Part shown: piece by piece, positions 44,831 to 52,978 of the stretch
Numbering within the stretch: position 1 is the stretch's first letter
How the letters are laid out: each line of letters starts with the position of its first letter
Translations under genes and position numbers: made by a program
DNA from: an uncultured Pirellulales bacterium
Lineage (GTDB): Bacteria; Planctomycetota; Phycisphaerae; Sedimentisphaerales; Anaerobacaceae
Assembly: GCA_964631175.1 (NCBI GenBank)
Contig: CAZVWH010000001.1
Coordinates: forward strand, 32,952-96,951
DNA: 64,000 bases
Direction of reading: 5' to 3'
Notes under the pieces: model-generated
Told to the model about the DNA's origin: nothing
Database searches by the model: none
The model's input: the letters and a program-made list of their open reading frames with translations, nothing else

Positions 44831-47800
44831 ATGTGTAGAAAGTCGAAGTTCCACTATGGGGGGCAAAGATCCGGTCCGGCATACAGACGGAACGGATTGA
44901 TTTATATGATTTCCTTTGTATTGGTGCTGGGCCTCGCTGGAGCAAGCGCAGCGGAAGAAATTGACCCCTCACTTGTCGGCTGGTGGAAGCTCAATGAGGA
45001 TTTTGGCTCCACCGCTATTGATTGGTCCGGTCATGACAATCATGGCAGCCTCGTGGGTGACCCGCAATGGGTGTCCGGGTACATAGGCGGCACACTGGAT
45101 TTTGACGGTGATGGCGACTACATCGACTGCGGATATGATCCGATCTTTGATATCACCGACGAGATTACGCTCGCTGCATGGGTAAATATCAGGTCGATCC
45201 CCGTTCAGTGGGTATCTATCGTCACTAAGGGTGAATACGCTTGGAGACTTAGTAACGTGGAGAGCGACCCGAGGTTTCACTTTGGTATCACTATCTGGTC
45301 GGACGCTAACCCTTCAGTCAATGGAAGCACTGCGGTCGGCTACAACGAGTGGCATCACGTTGCCGGAACGCATGATGGTTCAGAGCTCAACCTATATTTG
45401 GACGGAGTGCCTGACGGGACACTCTCAAGTACTACTGCCATAGGTACCAATACCGCAAACCTATTTATTGGCGAAAACCCAGAGGCAGCAGGACGCTATT
45501 GGGACGGCCTCATCGACGATGTGCGTCTTTACAACCGGGCGTTGTCACAGACCGAGATAAATGAGCTGATGCCTCTGCAGCCCAGGGCCACGGCGCCCGA
45601 GCCGTATGACAAGGCAATACTTGTCACAACAGAGGTCACGCTTAGCTGGATCCCCGGAGATGGTGCTGCTTCACACTACTTATATTTTGGCGAGAACTTT
45701 GAAGATGTACAAAACGGAACCGAAGGCACCGACAAAGGCTTAACCAATCTGAACAATTACTCACCTCAGAGCTTGGAAACCGGCAAGACCTATTACTGGC
45801 GGGTCGATGAGGTCGAAGCCGATGGCACTACTACCCACACAGGCGATGTTTGGAGCTTTACTATTCCCTCGAAGTACGCCTATAATCCCGTCCCCCCCGA
45901 TAGTGCTGAATTTATAGACCCAAATGTCACGCTGAGCTGGGCTGCAGGTACAGGCTCGATTATACATTTTGTGTATTTCGGCGATAACCTCGAAGATGTG
46001 CAAGCCGGCACCGGCGGCACAAATAAAGGTTCTGTTACTACAGATCCGAATTATATCCCCGGCCCGCTCGAATTTGCGAAGACTTATTATTGGCGGATCG
46101 ACGAGTTCGATGGCATGAGAAGATATACAGGCGATGTCTGGAGTTTTACTACTGTCGGTCCCACTAATGGTGCAAAGGGCCAGTACTATAACAACGTAGA
46201 TTTGACAGGCCAACCAGTACTCACCCGTATAGACCCAAAAATAGATTTTACCTGGGGTGAGGATTCTCCGCATGATTTGGTTAATGCAAATAACTTCTCG
46301 GTCAGGTGGACCGCTGAGTTAGATGTGCCATTTACCGAGACTTATACCTTCTATACCTTAAGCGATGATTGCGTCCGATTGTGGATAGATGGAGAACTGA
46401 TTATTGACAACTGGACTGTTGTAAATGCTTGGGCTATAGAAGATAAGGGCGTTATCGACCTTGTTGCCGGGCAGGTATTCCTTAAGATGGAGTTCTTTGA
46501 TAGCGACGGAGCAGCGTCGGTACAGTTAAGATGGCAAAGTCCATCCTTACCACGACAAATTATTTCGCCTAGTGCATTATCACAACCACTAAGCGCCTCA
46601 GGTGGAAGACCAGATAACGGCGCCACAGAAATCAGACAGATACCTACGCTTCGATGGACTGCGGGAGATCAAGCTGCTCAGCATGATGTGTACTTCGGCA
46701 TTGATGAGACGGCTGTGAACAATGCTGATACAACAACACCAGATATCTATCGCGGCCGGCAAGACCTTGAAAATACCACATATATCCCCACCGAAGCTCC
46801 TCTTCTGTGGGGCCAGACTTACTACTGGCGAATAGATGAGGTCGAGGCTGATGGCGTGACGATAAATAAAGGCCGTGTCTGGAGCTTCACGGTAGCTGAC
46901 TATGCCGTAGTGGAAGACTTTGAATACTACAACGATGATGATAATAGAATATACCATACGTGGTCAGACTATGCCGTGAATAATACCGGCATGACTGTGG
47001 GGCACTTTGAGCCTCCGTATGCCGAGCAAAGTATAGTTCACGGCGGCTATCAAGCTATGTACATGCATTACGACAACGATGGTACCGTCAACGAGGGTAC
47101 TGCTTATGAACAGAGCGGGACACTCACTTTTTCTGAAGTCGAACGCCAGTGGGACGATCCGCAGGATTGGACCATAAACGGAGTTAACTCCTTAACACTG
47201 TGGTTCAGAGGCACACCGGCGTCTGTCGGCAGCTTTACAGAAGGGCCACCAATCACGATGACCGCTAATGGTACGGATATCTGGGATACGGCTGACGAGT
47301 TCCACTTTGCCTATAAACGGCTTTCCGGTGCTGGGAGCATAACAGCCAAGGTTCTCAGCGTTAGTAATACCAACTCATGGGCCAAGGCGGGTGTGATGAT
47401 TCGCCAGTCGCTGGAGCCCGGCTCCCTGCATGCTGCGATGGTCGTCACGCCTGGTAGTGGAGTTTCTTTCCAACGCCGAATGGCTGTGAACGGTGGCAGC
47501 GAGGAAACTTCACAAGACGACATCACCGCTCCACAATGGGTCAGATTAATCCGCGCCGGCAACAGCTTTATCGGACAATATTCAGCTAACGGAGCTACCT
47601 GGACAACACTGGAGACTGTGAATATGCCTATCTTGCTGGATGTTTATGTAGGCTTATGCCTGACCAGCCATAACGTTGATGAAACGTGCACAGCCGAATT
47701 CTCTGATGTTACCATATCCGGCACGGTTACAGGCGACTGGCTGTCGCAGGACATCGGCATTAAAAGTAACATTGCCGAGCCGATGTATGTAGTTCTGGCC

Positions 47801-48052
47801 GATAGCGCCGATAATAGTGCGTTGGTCAACCACCCAGATCCGGCTGCATCCATCATAGGAATCTGGACACAGTGGAATATTCCCTTTGCTGATTTTGCTG
47901 GCGTCAATATGCAGGCTATCAAGAAGATATCCATTGGTGTCGGTGATAGAGCGAGTACACAGCCCGGCACCGCCGGTGATTTGTACATTGATGATATTGG
48001 GCTGTATCTTCCAACACCCGAACCAGAACCAGAGCCAAGTGGAGCCAGTTGA
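44831..48052 (+). CDS. Array paralog D: LamG + 2 repeats + PA14 + 1 repeat + shared C-terminal module
   Basis: The first ~120 codons are identical to B. PA14 segment: GAKGQYYNNVDLTGQPVLTRIDPKIDFTWGEDSP..NNFSVRWTAEL..YTFYTLSDDCVRLWIDGELIIDNW. Confidence 0.9.
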   Translation: MCRKSKFHYGGQRSGPAYRRNGLIYMISFVLVLGLAGASAAEEIDPSLVGWWKLNEDFGSTAIDWSGHDNHGSLVGDPQWVSGYIGGTLDFDGDGDYIDCGYDPIFDITDEITLAAWVNIRSIPVQWVSIVTKGEYAWRLSNVESDPRFHFGITIWSDANPSVNGSTAVGYNEWHHVAGTHDGSELNLYLDGVPDGTLSSTTAIGTNTANLFIGENPEAAGRYWDGLIDDVRLYNRALSQTEINELMPLQPRATAPEPYDKAILVTTEVTLSWIPGDGAASHYLYFGENFEDVQNGTEGTDKGLTNLNNYSPQSLETGKTYYWRVDEVEADGTTTHTGDVWSFTIPSKYAYNPVPPDSAEFIDPNVTLSWAAGTGSIIHFVYFGDNLEDVQAGTGGTNKGSVTTDPNYIPGPLEFAKTYYWRIDEFDGMRRYTGDVWSFTTVGPTNGAKGQYYNNVDLTGQPVLTRIDPKIDFTWGEDSPHDLVNANNFSVRWTAELDVPFTETYTFYTLSDDCVRLWIDGELIIDNWTVVNAWAIEDKGVIDLVAGQVFLKMEFFDSDGAASVQLRWQSPSLPRQIISPSALSQPLSASGGRPDNGATEIRQIPTLRWTAGDQAAQHDVYFGIDETAVNNADTTTPDIYRGRQDLENTTYIPTEAPLLWGQTYYWRIDEVEADGVTINKGRVWSFTVADYAVVEDFEYYNDDDNRIYHTWSDYAVNNTGMTVGHFEPPYAEQSIVHGGYQAMYMHYDNDGTVNEGTAYEQSGTLTFSEVERQWDDPQDWTINGVNSLTLWFRGTPASVGSFTEGPPITMTANGTDIWDTADEFHFAYKRLSGAGSITAKVLSVSNTNSWAKAGVMIRQSLEPGSLHAAMVVTPGSGVSFQRRMAVNGGSEETSQDDITAPQWVRLIRAGNSFIGQYSANGATWTTLETVNMPILLDVYVGLCLTSHNVDETCTAEFSDVTISGTVTGDWLSQDIGIKSNIAEPMYVVLADSADNSALVNHPDPAASIIGIWTQWNIPFADFAGVNMQAIKKISIGVGDRASTQPGTAGDLYIDDIGLYLPTPEPEPEPSGAS
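46169..46544 (+). other. PA14 domain-coding segment of paralog D
   Basis: G.YY.N..L.G.PV..R.D..I.F.WG...P......FSVRW.. ..Y.F....DD..RLW.... is the classic PA14 signature. Confidence 0.8.
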
Positions 48053-48073
48053 CTTTTTTGAAGGAGGAATATT

Positions 48074-51000
48074 ATGTGTGGAAAGTCGAAGTTCCGTTAT
48101 GAGGGGGCGAAGATTCGCTATGGCGGATTGATTCCTGTCCTGAGCCGTGTCGAAGGATATCTAATATCTTTTGTTTTACTGCTCGGGCTGGCCGCGGGCG
48201 TGGCAACAGCAGACATCGACACAGGTCTGGTCGGGCACTGGAAGTTAGATGAGGGCTCCGGTGATACTGCCTATGATTCAAGTGGAAATGGCAACTACGG
48301 TATACTTGAAGGTGACCCACAGTGGGTAGCTGGCTGGATAGGCGGCGCTTTGGAATTTGACGGAGTTGATGATTACGTTGATTGTGGAGATGGTAGTAGC
48401 TTAGATATTAATGATGTAGTTACAATTGCAACCTGGGTAAAAACAAATGATAGTGGTGGTGGTGAGTGGAACCCCTACGTGCACAAAGGCGACCACAGTT
48501 ATGGATTGAAGCACGGCGAGCGTAACGCCGTAGAATTTGTTATTTACGATGGAACCTGGTACACGACTGAATATTCTGTAGATGCTTCGTTTAATGACGA
48601 ATGGCACCATCTGGTTGGAACTTATGACGGAAGTATGCTTAGACTTTACGTCGATGGCATATTAAAAGTTACTTCTGCGCACACAGGATCTATAGACAGC
48701 CAGCCTACGTACCCTATCTATATAGGAAGCAATTCTGAGGAAACTAGCCGCCTCTACGAAGGCAAGATAGACGAAGCCCGCATTTACAACCGCGCGTTGC
48801 CAGGAGCCGATATTGTGTGGCTGTTTACTGGGAAGCCACCGACAAAGGCTCTTAATCCCATCCCCCTAAATGATAGCGTGGTTGAGCAAACTACGCCGAC
48901 TCTTACCTGGGTGGCTGGAGTGTATGCCGCCTCGCACGATGTGTATTTAAGCGACAGTTTTGCCAAGGTAAATGCTGCTACCAGCAGCAGTCCAATGGGC
49001 CCCGGTGAAGTTTACAAAGCACGCAACGATGCTAATAGTTTTACGGTCGAGAATCTAACTGAAGGCGTGACTTATTACTGGCGAGCCGATGAGGTAAATG
49101 ACCTGCAACCCGGTAGTCCGTGGAGAGGCGATATCTGGAGCTTTACGATTGCCTCGAAGTCTGCCTTCCAACCCATTCCGGGCAATGGCTCTCTGTTTGT
49201 TGACCCAAATGTCACGCTAAGCTGGACTGCAGGTACAGGTTCGGTTATACATTTCTTTTATTTCGGTGATAACCTTGAAGATGTGCAAGCCGGCACCGGC
49301 GGCACAAGTAAAGGTACTGTTGGTGAACTGAATTATCACCCCGGCCTGCTCGAACGTGAGAAGACTTATTATTGGAGAGTAGATGAGTTCGATGGCATGA
49401 GAAGACATACAGGCAATGTCTGGAGCTTTACAACTGCTCGTCCTGGCGGAGGCCTGAAAGGGTCGTATTATAACGGGATAGCCTTTGAGCAACTGGTGCT
49501 GGAGCGCATAGACCCTCAGATCAACTTTGACTGGGGCAATGACTCACCGGCTCCGGGTGTCAACACCGATGCTTTCTCAGTTATATGGGCCGGGGAGTTA
49601 GAGATACCGTTTTCTGGCATCTGGACCTTCTATACCAATATCAACGACGGCGTGCGTCTATGGGTAAATAACGAACTGATTGTTGAGAACTGGGCCGACC
49701 GCTACTCGGCCACCGAGAACTGGGGCGACCTAATTGAACTTGTCGCCGGGAAATGTGACCTTAAGATGGAGTATTATGAAAACTGGGAGATTGCAACAGC
49801 ACAACTGCTCTGGGAAGGCCCCAAAACGCCAAAGCAATTGATTCCACAGGCGGCATTCTCGCCGACATTAAGGGCCAGCAACCCGAACCCATATGATGGT
49901 GCGGTAGCTGTAAAGCAGACACCTACTCTTCAGTGGACTGCGGGAGATAACGCAGCCCATCACGAAGTGTACTTCGGTGATGATCAGACTACTGTAGAAA
50001 ACGCCCACACAACAACAATAGGTATCTACCATGGCCAACAGGAGCTCGATCAAACCAAGTACACTCCCATCGAAGCGCCTCTCGAATGGAATAAGACTTA
50101 TTACTGGCGAATAGATGAGGTCGAGGCTGATGGCGTGACGATAAATAAAAGCCTTGTCTGGAGCTTCACGGTAGCTGACTATGTCGTGGTGGAGGACTTT
50201 GAAGACTACAACGATTTCGACAATAGGATATTCGATGTGTGGGCAGACTACCCTGTGAATAATACCGGCATGACTGTGGGCCACTTTGATCTTCCTTTTG
50301 CGGAGCGAAGGATAGTTCACAATGGCTTTCAATCCATGTACATGCTTTACGACAACGATGGTACGGTGAACGAGGGTACCAACTATGAACAGAGCGGTAC
50401 ACTGTTTTATTCTGAAGCCGAACGAGAGTGGGCCGATGCCCAGGATTGGACCAGAGACGGTGTTAACTCTTTAACGCTGTGGTTCAGAGGCATATCGGCA
50501 TCTGTTGGCAGCTTCGCCCCTCAGGGACAAGCAGAAGGGCCACCAATCACGATGACCGCTAATGGTACGGATATCTGGGGAAATTCTGACCAGTTCCACT
50601 TTGCCTATAAGAAGCTCTCTGGCGAGGGGAGCATAACAGCGAAGGTAGTCAGCGTTAGTAACACCGACCCCTGGGCCAAGGTGGGTGTAATGATTCGCCA
50701 GTCGCTGGATCCCGGTTCCGTAAATACTGCCATAGTCATCACACCTGAGAATGGAGTTTCCTTCCAGCGTCGGCCCCTCATAGATGCTGGTAGTGAAGAC
50801 ACCACGATAGAGGGGATCACCGCTCCACACTGGGTGAGATTGACCCGCAGCGGGAACACCTTTATAGGGCAGTATTCAGCTAACGGAGCTACCTGGACAA
50901 CACTGGACTCTGTGAATATGCCTATCTTGCTGGATGTTTATGTAGGCTTATGCCTGACCAGCCATAACGTCGATGCAACGTGCACAGCCGAATTCTCCAA

Positions 51001-51331
51001 CGTTACTATGACCGGCACGGTTACAGACCCCGATCAAGCCGGGGGTTGGCTGTCGCAGGACATTGGTATAGAGAGTAACATTGCCGAGCCGATGTATGTA
51101 GTTCTGGCCGATAGCGCCGGCAACAGTGCAACAGCCAAACATCCTGATCCTGCTGCAACGATTATAGACACTTGGACACCTTGGAATATTCCGTTCACAG
51201 ACTTTGCTAGCGTGAATATGCAGGCTATCAAGAAGATGGCTATTGGCGTCGGCGATAGGGCCAATACACAACCTGGTGGTGCAGGTGATTTGTACATTGA
51301 TGATATTGGGCTGATGCTGCCTGCGGAATAG
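48074..51331 (+). CDS. Array paralog E: LamG + 2 repeats + PA14 + 1 repeat + shared C-terminal module
   Basis: Starts 21 nt after D with the same cassette. The N-region contains IPVLSRVEGY, encoded by a REP-like core. Ends IDDIGLMLPAE without the PEPEP tail. Confidence 0.9.
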   Translation: MCGKSKFRYEGAKIRYGGLIPVLSRVEGYLISFVLLLGLAAGVATADIDTGLVGHWKLDEGSGDTAYDSSGNGNYGILEGDPQWVAGWIGGALEFDGVDDYVDCGDGSSLDINDVVTIATWVKTNDSGGGEWNPYVHKGDHSYGLKHGERNAVEFVIYDGTWYTTEYSVDASFNDEWHHLVGTYDGSMLRLYVDGILKVTSAHTGSIDSQPTYPIYIGSNSEETSRLYEGKIDEARIYNRALPGADIVWLFTGKPPTKALNPIPLNDSVVEQTTPTLTWVAGVYAASHDVYLSDSFAKVNAATSSSPMGPGEVYKARNDANSFTVENLTEGVTYYWRADEVNDLQPGSPWRGDIWSFTIASKSAFQPIPGNGSLFVDPNVTLSWTAGTGSVIHFFYFGDNLEDVQAGTGGTSKGTVGELNYHPGLLEREKTYYWRVDEFDGMRRHTGNVWSFTTARPGGGLKGSYYNGIAFEQLVLERIDPQINFDWGNDSPAPGVNTDAFSVIWAGELEIPFSGIWTFYTNINDGVRLWVNNELIVENWADRYSATENWGDLIELVAGKCDLKMEYYENWEIATAQLLWEGPKTPKQLIPQAAFSPTLRASNPNPYDGAVAVKQTPTLQWTAGDNAAHHEVYFGDDQTTVENAHTTTIGIYHGQQELDQTKYTPIEAPLEWNKTYYWRIDEVEADGVTINKSLVWSFTVADYVVVEDFEDYNDFDNRIFDVWADYPVNNTGMTVGHFDLPFAERRIVHNGFQSMYMLYDNDGTVNEGTNYEQSGTLFYSEAEREWADAQDWTRDGVNSLTLWFRGISASVGSFAPQGQAEGPPITMTANGTDIWGNSDQFHFAYKKLSGEGSITAKVVSVSNTDPWAKVGVMIRQSLDPGSVNTAIVITPENGVSFQRRPLIDAGSEDTTIEGITAPHWVRLTRSGNTFIGQYSANGATWTTLDSVNMPILLDVYVGLCLTSHNVDATCTAEFSNVTMTGTVTDPDQAGGWLSQDIGIESNIAEPMYVVLADSAGNSATAKHPDPAATIIDTWTPWNIPFTDFASVNMQAIKKMAIGVGDRANTQPGGAGDLYIDDIGLMLPAE
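49451..49822 (+). other. PA14 domain-coding segment of paralog E
   Basis: GLKGSYYNGIAFEQLVLERIDPQINFDWGNDSPAPGVNTDAFSVIWAGEL..WTFYTNINDGVRLWVNNELIVENW. Confidence 0.8.
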
Positions 51332-51528
51332 TGGCTGGCGGCTCCCCTAAGGGGCAAAACCGCAGAGAACTGAGCATGGCTCAAATTAAAGTGCGATTTC
51401 GGGGCCTATACTAATTGGTTTGGTATAGGCCTCGATTGCTTATATAAGTGGCCTTGCCAAACCGCTCCCCCGCCGCAAAGCGGTAGCGAACGAAAAAAAG
51501 GTAAGCTCCATTGCTGCTTAACTGCCTT

Positions 51529-52917
51529 CTACATTTTTTTCTGAAGCCGGCGGTTTATAGCAGTGGCAGCTTCGCGTCCACTCTTGATGGCGGTTACTAC
51601 CAGAGAAGGACCATTGACGATGTCACCGGCTGCAAAAATCCCCGGCCTGCTTGCCTGACAGTCATTTACCGCCACGTTGCCTTGGTCGTCGAGCTGCAAG
51701 TCGAGATTAGCGATAAGACCTTCTTGAACCACATGCAAAAATCCCATTGCCAAAATCACAAGGTCCGTTTTAATAACGAAATCGTTGTCTGACAGCTCAT
51801 TTACCTTCCAGCCATTCGAATCTTTAATCCACTGCACCTCACAGCCGTGTAGCTGCTCAACGCGTTTATTTCCTGTCAACCGTTTGGTCATAACCGACCA
51901 GCGTCGATGACAGCCTTCTTCGTGTGACGAAGAAGTCCGCATAATTCGCGGCCACATAGGCCAAGGTGTATCAACCGGCCGATTCTCCGGAGGTTTGGGT
52001 AGAATTTCAAGCTGGTAAATCTCCTTTGCCCCCTGCCGACGCGCAGTGCCGACACAATCACTACCTGTATCACCCCCGCCTATCACAACCGCAGCTTTGT
52101 CTTTTGTCCGCCACGGCGGATTCTGAGCGGTCAAAAAATCCATCGCATATACAACATTTTGTAAATCCGCACCTGGGACATCGAGAGGCCGTGGCTGGCG
52201 TGCCCCCATCGCCAGCAAGATGCAATCGAACATCTTGAGCAAATAATGTACAGAAATATCACTTCCCACATCGACGTCGGTTTGAAATTCAATACCTTCG
52301 GCGATTAGCTGTTTCAGTCTTCGGTCGATGATCCTTTTTTCCAGCTTAAAATCCGGAATTCCGTAACGCAGAATGCCTCCGAGCTGCTGGTCTTTTTCAA
52401 AAACGGTCACCGCGTGCCCTGCCCTTGCCAATTGCTGCGCAGCAGCCAATCCAGCGGGGCCAGAGCCTATTATAGCCACCCGCTTGCCGGTTCTTTCTAC
52501 AGCCGGCAAAGGTTCAATCCAACCTTCAGAAAAACCTCTCTCGACAATCTGGTATTCGATTTGTCTGATTGTCACAGGCTCATCGTTAATCGAAAGAGTA
52601 CATGCGGTTTCACAGGGAGCAGGACAGACCCTACCCGTGATCTCAGGAAAGTTATTAGTAGCATGAAGCAACTGACAAGCACGTTCCCACTGACCTTTGT
52701 ATATAAAATCGTTAAGATCAGGAATAGAGTTTCCCAGAGGACAGCCGACACCATGACAGAACGGTATTCCACAGTCCATACAGCGTGCCGCCTGCTGGCG
52801 GATTTGGTTCGGCGTAAGATGCAGGTCCAACTCGCGAAAATCGTGTATCCGCTGCTCAACCGGACGAAGACCTGCGTCCTGTCGTTTATACTTTAGAAAA
52901 CCTTTTACTTCACCCAT
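51529..52917 (-). CDS. gltD: Glutamate synthase small (beta) subunit
   Basis: CMDCGIPFCH..GCPLGN Fe-S ligands, VAIIGSGPAGLAAA and VIGGGDTGSDC dinucleotide folds. GAGGA RBS 7 nt before ATG 52917. Confidence 0.95.
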   Translation of the reverse strand: MGEVKGFLKYKRQDAGLRPVEQRIHDFRELDLHLTPNQIRQQAARCMDCGIPFCHGVGCPLGNSIPDLNDFIYKGQWERACQLLHATNNFPEITGRVCPAPCETACTLSINDEPVTIRQIEYQIVERGFSEGWIEPLPAVERTGKRVAIIGSGPAGLAAAQQLARAGHAVTVFEKDQQLGGILRYGIPDFKLEKRIIDRRLKQLIAEGIEFQTDVDVGSDISVHYLLKMFDCILLAMGARQPRPLDVPGADLQNVVYAMDFLTAQNPPWRTKDKAAVVIGGGDTGSDCVGTARRQGAKEIYQLEILPKPPENRPVDTPWPMWPRIMRTSSSHEEGCHRRWSVMTKRLTGNKRVEQLHGCEVQWIKDSNGWKVNELSDNDFVIKTDLVILAMGFLHVVQEGLIANLDLQLDDQGNVAVNDCQASRPGIFAAGDIVNGPSLVVTAIKSGREAATAINRRLQKKM

Positions 52918-52978
52918 TCTCGATCCTCGTCTTTCGCTTCTCAATGCTCGTCGAGTATCGAGCATCCAGAATCAAGTA

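Larger units (their letters stand above)
44452..45190 (+). repeat. 739-bp perfect direct repeat, copy 2 (3-prime end of C to 5-prime end of D)
   Basis: See copy 1. Similarity decays gradually over the next ~300 bp. Confidence 0.9.

Noticed and set aside
35596-51331. Diversity-generating retroelement acting on the lectin-like array
   Set aside because: There is no reverse transcriptase ORF anywhere in the window and no template/variable repeat pair with adenine-specific mismatches. The variation is mosaic and recombinational.
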